A stretch of 33,698 bases of DNA from a virus (taxonomy: Duplodnaviria > Caudoviricetes). Under the pieces are notes generated by a model that worked only from the letters and a program-made list of their open reading frames with translations, was not told the DNA's origin and searched no databases. A program made the position numbers and the translations under genes. The DNA lies in IMG/VR virus record IMGVR_UViG_3300009159_006570, positions 1 to 33,698 of that record, one strand, 5' to 3'. Of the stretch, positions 9,264-17,071 are shown piece after piece (positions within the stretch are counted from its first letter, which is position 1; each line of letters opens with the position of its first letter).

Positions 9264-10809
9264 ATACGTTGGCGCCGCCACCATCGATGTAACTTGCGCT
9301 GTGTCTGTTGTTAAATGATACACCACCATCTAAGGCTGCTTCGTAACGACCAAATACTGTAGTTGATCCACCACCTGTAAATGCTTCGTCTCTGATAGCA
9401 AATACCGAAGTAGAAGTACCACCGTCAGCATTAATGTCGAGAGCATTTGGATTTAATAGTGGACGTAATAGATCATCGTATACATTGTTACTGATTATTA
9501 TAGTATTAGCTGTAATGGTTGTTGCATTTTCAATGCGAAAACCACCTTCTGATCCAATACTACCATTTGCTGCTAGGGTTATATTACCATTAGCTATAAC
9601 TGTCTTGAATCCAGGGAAATTTAAAGCACCATTTGATTGGAATGCCCAAGTATGAGTTTCATCAGTAGCACCGTTTTTATTTTCAATAAACACAACAGGT
9701 CTAGCAGGATCAGGTAATTCTGCTCGAATCCAAGCCCATGCAGGATACGGACCAGTATCATCATCTTCTGGATATACTTCCCAACTATTTCTAGTTTGAA
9801 ATGTTTGAGTAAAAGCGGCATTACCACCTAGATCAGTTCGAACATTAAATTCCATAGCAGTATTAACAGATAAATACGTACTGTTAACAACCATTACTTT
9901 GTTTTCAGTATTTAATCCATTAGCGTGGAATATAATTGATGTATCTTGACTAGTACCAATTACTAGGTTACCACCTGTCTGTTCGCCCTTATCAACATAC
10001 AAATAGCCATCATTGTGTCCGTATAGAGTATAAAGAGAATTAGAATATGTCGAACTAACTATGCCCATATCGATAAATGGGCCAGCGCCTATCTGATACA
10101 AACCAATATTATTGTATATTGCTAAATCTGCAGATGCATCTGTGCCTTGATAATCGTTATGTATAACAACTTGATGATAACTATTCGTAGATGAATAAAA
10201 AATTGGATTAGTATGTAATGTGTTAATGATGCGCCATACAGTACCATCATGAATTACTGTCATAGTAGAACCAGCTATTGGCAATTCATAGTCAACTCTC
10301 AATATACCAGTATCTGGATCTTCTATTAATTGTATTCCTTCATCAAAACCTTCTTGTGTCGTGACAGTTAAAGTTGCGCCATTTTCCCACGAATATGTGT
10401 CAGTATTTTTAATAATAATAGTTCTACCTTCAATCGCTTGACTAATTGGTAGAACTATTATCATATTCGTGCGATCTTCATCAGGTGCATTCGGCGATGC
10501 AAATATCACAGTATCTGTTGTAGTAACGTAATACAATGGTACGTCAACATATGTTATGTTATATGTACCAGCAACTTCAGGAAGTACAGAAATAGTTCCA
10601 TTGCTTAAAGCACTAAGACCGCTACCTATTTTAACAACACCAAGAGCGGATGAATTAGCTGTTGTTAATGAATTAGCAACTAAATTACGTACTGATATAG
10701 TTTTCGTTTGTGCAGATGTGGTTGGATTTGTTAAGACTACGAGTCTATCATTTGCAGATAGACCCGTAGATACAGTTAATTGCGAAACCTTTTTTGAATC
10801 ATTCGCCAT
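9259..10809 (-). CDS. Virion fibre/structural protein with C-terminal DGG repeats
   Basis: KKVSQL...DRLVV start, ALGVVKIGSGL fibre motif, repeated DGG at the C-terminus. Confidence 0.7.
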   Translation of the reverse strand: MANDSKKVSQLTVSTGLSANDRLVVLTNPTTSAQTKTISVRNLVANSLTTANSSALGVVKIGSGLSALSNGTISVLPEVAGTYNITYVDVPLYYVTTTDTVIFASPNAPDEDRTNMIIVLPISQAIEGRTIIIKNTDTYSWENGATLTVTTQEGFDEGIQLIEDPDTGILRVDYELPIAGSTMTVIHDGTVWRIINTLHTNPIFYSSTNSYHQVVIHNDYQGTDASADLAIYNNIGLYQIGAGPFIDMGIVSSTYSNSLYTLYGHNDGYLYVDKGEQTGGNLVIGTSQDTSIIFHANGLNTENKVMVVNSTYLSVNTAMEFNVRTDLGGNAAFTQTFQTRNSWEVYPEDDDTGPYPAWAWIRAELPDPARPVVFIENKNGATDETHTWAFQSNGALNFPGFKTVIANGNITLAANGSIGSEGGFRIENATTITANTIIISNNVYDDLLRPLLNPNALDINADGGTSTSVFAIRDEAFTGGGSTTVFGRYEAALDGGVSFNNRHSASYIDGGGANVL

Positions 10810-10831
10810 AGATTTAGACCTTTATGACTTC

Positions 10832-11794
10832 TTATTCAGGTAGAATTGTATCGTCAGATGCATCGATAGTTGTAGCAGCAGTACCATAAGCAGCGGTCTG
10901 AGCGCCAAGAGAACCCATAGCTACAAGAGTTTCGTACTGCACGCGACCTGCACGGCCACCAGAACCTTCGGTACGTAGAACCCAACCAGCGTGCGTAACA
11001 CCCTTATTAGTGGCACCGCTGAGAACTAGATAACCAGTAGCCGTCTCGCCCTGGAAGCTAGCGCCTCCGGCAGTAGTGCTATTACCACTTGCATCAGATA
11101 AAGTAATAGGAGTACCACCAAGTGTTGTAGAAATTTTAATAGATGTTGTATTTGCAAGAACAACATAATACTTGCCCTGATCAACGAGCGGCGCTGGTAC
11201 TGAAGTTGCATTACCAGCAAAGGTAATATAATCGTTAACAACGAACTTACTATTTGCAGTCGCAAGCGTAATAGTATCACCAGATACAGCTGAATTACCG
11301 TTGAAGGTAACAGCTGCAGGAGCAGCAATGCTGATAGTTGGATTTACTCCTAGGATAAGATCGCCAGCCTGAGCGATAACTAAAGATGCAAGACGACCGC
11401 TGCCACTGATAGTTGAAGTAATCGCTGTCGCATTTGTTGTACCGTTTGCGAAAGTAGTTGTTACAGTTGGCGCTGCAGCGTAACCAGAACCAACAAAAGT
11501 AACGTACTTTTCTGCGATTTTACCACCTACATAACTCATTTCACTGTTTACAGCGTAAGCATCGATACCAAATACGCCTACCGCCTTACCTGTAATGAAA
11601 GCGTCTTGTGTAGTGTTTCCGAACATAGTCAAGTCCGCATTTGCTCTGGTACCGTTCGTATTGCCTTGGTGAGCATTAGTGCCACCACCAGCCTTTACAA
11701 GAGCGTAAGTGCCAATTGGTGCGCCGTTTGATGTTTCAATAGTAGTACTGGTTGTAACAGTAACTGACTTGTCGTTTCTACCCCATTGTGCCAT
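10832..11794 (-). CDS. T4-like virion structural protein
   Basis: MAQWG start, GSGYAAAPTVT repeat, C-terminal THAGWV...GRVQYETLVA; GAGGA SD. Confidence 0.75.
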   Translation of the reverse strand: MAQWGRNDKSVTVTTSTTIETSNGAPIGTYALVKAGGGTNAHQGNTNGTRANADLTMFGNTTQDAFITGKAVGVFGIDAYAVNSEMSYVGGKIAEKYVTFVGSGYAAAPTVTTTFANGTTNATAITSTISGSGRLASLVIAQAGDLILGVNPTISIAAPAAVTFNGNSAVSGDTITLATANSKFVVNDYITFAGNATSVPAPLVDQGKYYVVLANTTSIKISTTLGGTPITLSDASGNSTTAGGASFQGETATGYLVLSGATNKGVTHAGWVLRTEGSGGRAGRVQYETLVAMGSLGAQTAAYGTAATTIDASDDTILPE

Positions 11795-11824
11795 TAGAAT
11801 TTCCTCCTAGAGAAGTGTTTTTAT

Positions 11825-11832
11825 TATTTATT
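11825..11832 (-). promoter_or_regulatory. Late promoter variant AATAAATA
   Basis: One mismatch from TATAAATA, ~30 nt upstream of ATG 11794. Confidence 0.55.
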
Positions 11833-11836
11833 CTTT

Positions 11837-12298
11837 TTAAAAAGTAGTCATGTGTTCCATAAAATGAGAAACTCTTCTTTCTCTTGTTCTTGGTTTATCA
11901 GGTATAACAAACGATAAAGGCATTCTGACATACTCAACTTCAGCTTCTTGTGCGATTGGTGCAACTCTAACGTTAGCTTCATTATTCATTGCAACAAAAT
12001 TGTCAGTTATAATTGATCGTTTTTCTTTTACTGTAGACTTACCAAATTCAGATAAAGAGGGTTTGATATTTTCAACTAGAGGTTTTTCTTCAATCGGAGT
12101 AATATCAATATCACCCATTTCACTATTCGTCACAACAAAATTATTAGTTATGATTGATCGTTTTTCTTTTACTGTAGACTTACCAAATTCAGATAAAGAG
12201 GGTTTGATATTTTCAACTTCAGCTTCTTGTGCGATTGGTGCAACTCTAACGTTAGCTTCACTATTCGTCACAACAAAATTATTAGTTATGATTGGCAT
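11837..12298 (-). CDS. Hypothetical protein built of three ~46-47 aa repeats
   Basis: IIT(N/D)NFV occurs 3x; start abuts the upstream TAA. Confidence 0.7.
   Translation of the reverse strand: MPIITNNFVVTNSEANVRVAPIAQEAEVENIKPSLSEFGKSTVKEKRSIITNNFVVTNSEMGDIDITPIEEKPLVENIKPSLSEFGKSTVKEKRSIITDNFVAMNNEANVRVAPIAQEAEVEYVRMPLSFVIPDKPRTRERRVSHFMEHMTTF
11934..12294. repeat. Interleaved perfect direct repeats: 48 bp (11934-11981/12213-12260), 66 bp (12012-12077/12153-12218), 38 bp (12119-12156/12257-12294)
   Basis: Read directly from the sequence; offsets 279, 141 and 138 nt are all multiples of 3. Confidence 0.9.
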
Positions 12299-13243
12299 TT
12301 AAACACCCATTTGTTTTGCCTGTGGAGCTTCTGGCGCTCTAGGTGCAACAGACTTACGAATTTTTTCAGCTGTTTTTCTCTTAGCAATTTCTTGTGAAGA
12401 TGCATCTTTCTTAGCTTTTGATTCAGCTTCTGCATTTTGCTGAAGATTAGCTGATCTATTAGTTGCAGCAGTCTGAGAAGGACCAGAAGAAGCAGGTGCA
12501 TTAGCGGATTTACTACGAGCTGTTTTGTTGATAGTAACGTGTGTCATTTTCCCCGTCTTAGGGGTTACGTCTAAAAAACCTTCGCTCTGAGTCCCTGTGA
12601 TCTTACCACCAAGACTAATTTTTGGCTTATGAACTTCTGCCTTACCTGATAGAGCATCTTGCATTGAAGAAGCGCTGCGATGTAATCTCTTAGCGTAAGT
12701 ATCTTTCTCAGCAGATGTCTTGAGATTATCGTGATGAGCGATAGCCTTGTGCGCCTGTGTAGGAGACACATCTGATTTTTCACCAGATACGTGAGTTACC
12801 TTATGCTGACCACGAAGAGAAATAACCTTACGCATCTGCATCATAATATGCTCAGAGCCAGGATCATCTTCTGTTGCATTCTTCTTAGGACGACCGGCAC
12901 GTGCTTCGTTGATATCTTCCTTGTAAGCTTTCATTACACTTTTTACGGTATTTAAAGTTCTCTTACGAGGACCAGCTTTACCGTCCGGACCCTTGGTATC
13001 GAGCTTTTCAGAAGCTTCTTTAAATGCTTTTAATGGAGCACTAGCAGCTTTTAATGTTCTCTTGCGAGGACCCGTGTGGGCGTCTGGACCCTTGGTGTCA
13101 AGCTCATCATTCTTCTCGTCAGTGATATTAACTGTTGCAATATTGTTGCTCTTATCAGTAACACCTTCTTCGTCCCCATGTTTTGCATCGGGACGAATCT
13201 TAGAACGTCTAGCTTCTTTGATAAATTGGATTAATGATTTCAT
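12299..13243 (-). CDS. Lys-rich putative internal head protein
   Basis: Start MKSLIQFIKE (ATG 13243) resembles the T4 IP capsid-targeting sequence; duplicated LDTKGPD..GPRKRTL module. Confidence 0.7.
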   Translation of the reverse strand: MKSLIQFIKEARRSKIRPDAKHGDEEGVTDKSNNIATVNITDEKNDELDTKGPDAHTGPRKRTLKAASAPLKAFKEASEKLDTKGPDGKAGPRKRTLNTVKSVMKAYKEDINEARAGRPKKNATEDDPGSEHIMMQMRKVISLRGQHKVTHVSGEKSDVSPTQAHKAIAHHDNLKTSAEKDTYAKRLHRSASSMQDALSGKAEVHKPKISLGGKITGTQSEGFLDVTPKTGKMTHVTINKTARSKSANAPASSGPSQTAATNRSANLQQNAEAESKAKKDASSQEIAKRKTAEKIRKSVAPRAPEAPQAKQMGV

Positions 13244-13244
13244 G

Positions 13245-15248
13245 TTAATCGTCTCTCGAAACGTCATGACCATAATGGACATTAATTGCTTTTTTCATCT
13301 TCTTAGGATTAGCTTCCGCTTCATCGTGTGCAGCATGATATTTTGGATGAATAGGTGTTTTACCAAGTTCTGTTTTTTCACCTTCAGTACCACCTCCACC
13401 AGAATCACTGTAATCATTATGAATTGCTGCATGAACTTTTGGCCAATTAGAAAGCGGCTTATGATCTTTGCTGTTAGCGTAATTAAAATCATCAGACTCT
13501 AAAATTGCATTAATATGAGCTAGTTCTGCCTCTGAGAAACCAGGATCAGTTTCTTCTTCTATGGACGAAGAAACCTTAAATTTATGAAGCTTGTTTACCT
13601 TCTTATCACTATAAGAATCGTGAGTTTGCTTAATATGAACCTGACCACCAGAATTCTTAACTACCTTACCATACTTCTTATCACCAGTACCATGAGCGTA
13701 GAAGTCGGCTTCCATGCCTACATGCATACCCTTTGCCATATCTGGATGCATCATACCCTTAGCAGCGTAATCGCGATGACTTACTTCATCAATCTGCTCA
13801 ACTTCTTCGTATTTTGTGCGACGACCAGCAAAATTATGAGTACCTCTACCTTTTAATTCTTGTCGAGATGCATCATACTTGTGAGCATCACTAGCCTTTG
13901 TTTGATTCATTGGCGTATTACCAATTTTATTAACAGCACGCTGTAAAGTTCTATCGGTTTCTTGCTTGGCTATTTTTTTAGAAGCCATTCCTAAACCGTC
14001 GCTACGCTTATCACCTTCGCCTTTTTTATCAACCTGCTTAGTATAACGTTTCATAGCTTCTTTTGAAAGCTCTTCGATCGATTCAACTTCTTCTTTGTTT
14101 AATTTTTTTTGAAAACGTTTAGCGCCAATAACTCTATTAGCAATAGCATTTGCTTTCTTAGGATCATTTGCCATTTTAGCTGGGTCAGCAGTAGCTACTT
14201 GATACGCATTTTTAGCAATATAACCCAATTTCTTCATTGGTGTATCTAATACTTCATCAATAGCTTCTTCTTCCATTTCACCATGCTTATCGCGATCAGC
14301 ACGGTAGGCTTTAATCTTTTCAGCCTTCTTACCTTGAAGGATCTTGAAGTCCTGCTTGTCAATTTTGCCATTATGGTTCTTGTCGATATTCTTCTGATTG
14401 CCCTTAAGAGCCTCTACAACTGTCGCAATAAGATCAGCTGGCAGTCCGAAATGTTTAGTTGTGTTCATTGTTTCCTCCTTGACACCAGCTTGTGCATTAG
14501 CTGCTTTTGTTGCTTTTTTTGCTTTATCGTCTATTTTCTTACCATCATCATCGCGATCATCAGTAGTTGGTTCTGTATCAACTTCTGTCTTGCCGCCCTT
14601 GATAGTACCTGGTTCTTGTAGATCTTTATTGTTTGGTTTCTTTTTACCTTCTGGCTGCTCTTTTGCAGTATCTTTTGTGGATACGCTAGCAACTGCATCT
14701 TCGTCGATAGCTTCTTCTTTGACGCCTTCTGGTTTAGCCCATTCTGCACCAGTTTTCACATAAGCTTTCCAAAGACCATTATCTCTTTTTTTTGGCATTC
14801 TAGAAAGATATTCTTTTGAATGTTTTTTCTCTGGTTCTTTTTGAGTTAGGTCAGGGAGCACACGACCAGCTTCATCGATAGCTTCTTCTTTAACTGATCC
14901 GCTTTCGATATAATCAGCAACAGTGTCAAGGTAATCAGAAGCTTTAGTTATTTTAGATTGAACCCAAGCTTCTAGCTCGCCTTCGCCTTTACCCATTTTT
15001 GTTTTTAATCTGTCGATAGCACGCTTGGCTGTGTCTAACTCGTTACGAGCCATATCATATTCGCTATCTTCGTCAATAATCTTAGTCTTGATTTCGCCTT
15101 GCTTCGCGAGCTTAGAACTATTGTCCTTGACATTATCTGTTGGACGACCAACATTAGACATCTTCATACGAATCTCAGAGTTACGCTTCTCGTGTGATTC
15201 GCGAACTACTGCCTTGATCTTTTGTTCTAAGCTGCGATTGTCTTTCAT
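13245..15248 (-). CDS. Large charged modular protein, putative protease-processed internal head polyprotein
   Basis: Recurrent EEAIDE/EEVESIEE/EEVEQIDE linkers; DKNHNGKIDKQD EF-hand-like loop; LEAWVQSKITKASDYL module. Confidence 0.7.
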   Translation of the reverse strand: MKDNRSLEQKIKAVVRESHEKRNSEIRMKMSNVGRPTDNVKDNSSKLAKQGEIKTKIIDEDSEYDMARNELDTAKRAIDRLKTKMGKGEGELEAWVQSKITKASDYLDTVADYIESGSVKEEAIDEAGRVLPDLTQKEPEKKHSKEYLSRMPKKRDNGLWKAYVKTGAEWAKPEGVKEEAIDEDAVASVSTKDTAKEQPEGKKKPNNKDLQEPGTIKGGKTEVDTEPTTDDRDDDGKKIDDKAKKATKAANAQAGVKEETMNTTKHFGLPADLIATVVEALKGNQKNIDKNHNGKIDKQDFKILQGKKAEKIKAYRADRDKHGEMEEEAIDEVLDTPMKKLGYIAKNAYQVATADPAKMANDPKKANAIANRVIGAKRFQKKLNKEEVESIEELSKEAMKRYTKQVDKKGEGDKRSDGLGMASKKIAKQETDRTLQRAVNKIGNTPMNQTKASDAHKYDASRQELKGRGTHNFAGRRTKYEEVEQIDEVSHRDYAAKGMMHPDMAKGMHVGMEADFYAHGTGDKKYGKVVKNSGGQVHIKQTHDSYSDKKVNKLHKFKVSSSIEEETDPGFSEAELAHINAILESDDFNYANSKDHKPLSNWPKVHAAIHNDYSDSGGGGTEGEKTELGKTPIHPKYHAAHDEAEANPKKMKKAINVHYGHDVSRDD

Positions 15249-15250
15249 TG

Positions 15251-15688
15251 TTACGCCTTTGTAATCGATTTAAGCATCCAACCATTTTTCTCATGGGCGT
15301 CGATGCGATCCTGAAGATAATTTGCTAGACCCATTTTCTTGTTTGATTCAGCAAGAGTTTGAGTCTTTGTTAGTTGCTCGATCAATGCAGTATTATCTGC
15401 AGTTAACTTAGTCATCATAGACATTGCTGGGGGGATATTTAATTCATCCTTAACAATTGACAAATCGGTATAACGTATGAAAGAACCAGGTGCGTATGAT
15501 CCTAATGTACGTAGGTGTTCTGCGATTCCATCAACAGCGCCCCATGCGTCTGTGTAAATCCCTTCGAAGAAAGAGTGGTATTGTGGAAAGCCAGCGCCCT
15601 CCACATTCCAATGAAAGTTATGAGCCTTCAAGTAGAAGGCAAAGGTACTTGCAAGCGATACCTTCATTTCTTCGATAAGATCATCCAT
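15251..15688 (-). CDS. dps: Dps family ferritin-like protein
   Basis: KAHNFHWNVEG, YHSFFEGIY, DGIAEHLRTLG, HEKNGWML; ferroxidase residues present. Confidence 0.93.
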   Translation of the reverse strand: MDDLIEEMKVSLASTFAFYLKAHNFHWNVEGAGFPQYHSFFEGIYTDAWGAVDGIAEHLRTLGSYAPGSFIRYTDLSIVKDELNIPPAMSMMTKLTADNTALIEQLTKTQTLAESNKKMGLANYLQDRIDAHEKNGWMLKSITKA

Positions 15689-16152
15689 TACTTCTTAGCC
15701 TTTGTTGTCTTTGCTCTTGTTTTTTTTACAACAGCCTGTTCAATCTTTTCTACCTTAGCTTCAACAACTGCTTCAATAGCTTTTGCCTTAGCTTTAACCG
15801 TTCTTACCTTCTTCTTAACTTCAACTGGTTCAACTGAATGAGCGCCATGCTGAACAAGAAGTGCAGGAATTGGCTCTACAATTGTTTCAATCTTTAAAGT
15901 TACAGGTTCAAGAAGTTTTTCACCTTCTTTAGATAAAACAAAAGCAGCTTCCTTGGCTTCTTCTACAACAGCAGTTTCTACCTTAACTTCTTCCTTAGCA
16001 ACACTTAGACCCGTTACAAAGTCAGACTCAATCTTCTTAGCTGGTTCTACCTTAGTTTCTGGTTCTTCAGACTTTTTAGTTTCATTAAGAACCCATCTAA
16101 TAACAAAATATCCAGCAACTGCAATAATACCTAAACCAAATAATGTATCCAT
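15688..16152 (-). CDS. Hypothetical protein with N-terminal TM helix and Lys/Glu-rich tail
   Basis: LFGLGIIAVAGYFVIRW; AGGAG SD. Confidence 0.7.
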   Translation of the reverse strand: MDTLFGLGIIAVAGYFVIRWVLNETKKSEEPETKVEPAKKIESDFVTGLSVAKEEVKVETAVVEEAKEAAFVLSKEGEKLLEPVTLKIETIVEPIPALLVQHGAHSVEPVEVKKKVRTVKAKAKAIEAVVEAKVEKIEQAVVKKTRAKTTKAKK

Positions 16153-16187
16153 AATTTTTCTCCTATTTCAGTGGGTCAATCCCTATC

Positions 16188-16195
16188 TATTTATC
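16188..16195 (-). promoter_or_regulatory. Late promoter variant GATAAATA
   Basis: One mismatch; ~35 nt upstream of ATG 16152. Confidence 0.5.
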
Positions 16196-16997
16196 AGCAA
16201 TTCCATTTTCTCAAAGCTAATGCCTTGCGAGTTGGTTCGCCATTCGGCTTCTTCATTGGACCTTCAACGCCGCCCATGCGAGCACAGAATGACTTACGAC
16301 GACCAGCAGCCTTACTACCAGCCTTTAGTTTTGATGGTTCAGTAGTTACTGGCGCTTTTAGATGACCACCACTTTCTCTATTATAATGATCACGACCCTT
16401 TTGAGTTAAGCCGCCCGATGGACTCTTATAGCCCTTGGCATCTTCTTCCATTTCTTTCTTACAACCACAGTGTTCTTTGACGACACGCTTGATTGTTTTG
16501 CTATATCCAGGAGTATCCTTCTTCAGGACATCTGTTAATGAATTGGTAGCAACAAATCTACTTGATGGATCGTTTGAATTTTTTGACACTTTCTCAGCGC
16601 CCGTGTAATCTTCTGTTTGTGAAACTTTTAATGCAGTTTTAGTTGGTGCACCTTTAGATCCAGGCTTTCGCATGTGTTCGCCAGAACCGTGTTTAATTCG
16701 TTCTCTCTTAGCATGGATATTATCCCATAAACCACGCTTCTCTGCCAAATCTTGATCTAATTCCATTGCTGCACCACCTGCAATAAACGAGTTAACTCTA
16801 TTGTATGCAATTTGTTCTGATAAACTTTCTGTGTAACCTCTCTGATACACTTCCTTTAATGTATCAAAAGATATACCAGATTGTTCGGATTTTTTAAACA
16901 GGGATATTACCTGTTTGGGTGAAAGGGCTACGACAACCCCTTGTTGCTCTACAAGAACTAGCTGAGGACTAGGATGGAGACTTGTATCTTTAGACAT
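16194..16997 (-). CDS. Modular basic protein of the T4-like late region
   Basis: Modules SGISFDTLKEVYQRG/RVNSFI, GLWDNIHAKR and RRKSFCARMGG...ALRKWNC, separated by LAE/MEE linkers. Confidence 0.72.
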   Translation of the reverse strand: MSKDTSLHPSPQLVLVEQQGVVVALSPKQVISLFKKSEQSGISFDTLKEVYQRGYTESLSEQIAYNRVNSFIAGGAAMELDQDLAEKRGLWDNIHAKRERIKHGSGEHMRKPGSKGAPTKTALKVSQTEDYTGAEKVSKNSNDPSSRFVATNSLTDVLKKDTPGYSKTIKRVVKEHCGCKKEMEEDAKGYKSPSGGLTQKGRDHYNRESGGHLKAPVTTEPSKLKAGSKAAGRRKSFCARMGGVEGPMKKPNGEPTRKALALRKWNC

Positions 16998-17061
16998 TGG
17001 TGTTTCCCTTGGGCTTAACCATGAACAATTGCAGGGTTGCCGTAGCTTTCTGCGAACGACT

Positions 17062-17069
17062 TATTTATA
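17062..17069 (-). promoter_or_regulatory. T4-type late promoter TATAAATA
   Basis: Exact match directly after the 17072 stop; leads into a 64-nt structured leader. Confidence 0.8.
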
Positions 17070-17071
17070 AA

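Noticed and set aside
11934-12294. CRISPR array
   Set aside because: The repeats are in frame within a CDS, differ in length, overlap each other and lack unique spacers; no cas genes.
16990-17060. c-di-GMP-I (GEMM) riboswitch suggested by GCAGAAAGCUACGG
   Set aside because: The P1 stem with GNRA loop and the P2 receptor arrangement are not present; kept only as an unassigned structured leader.
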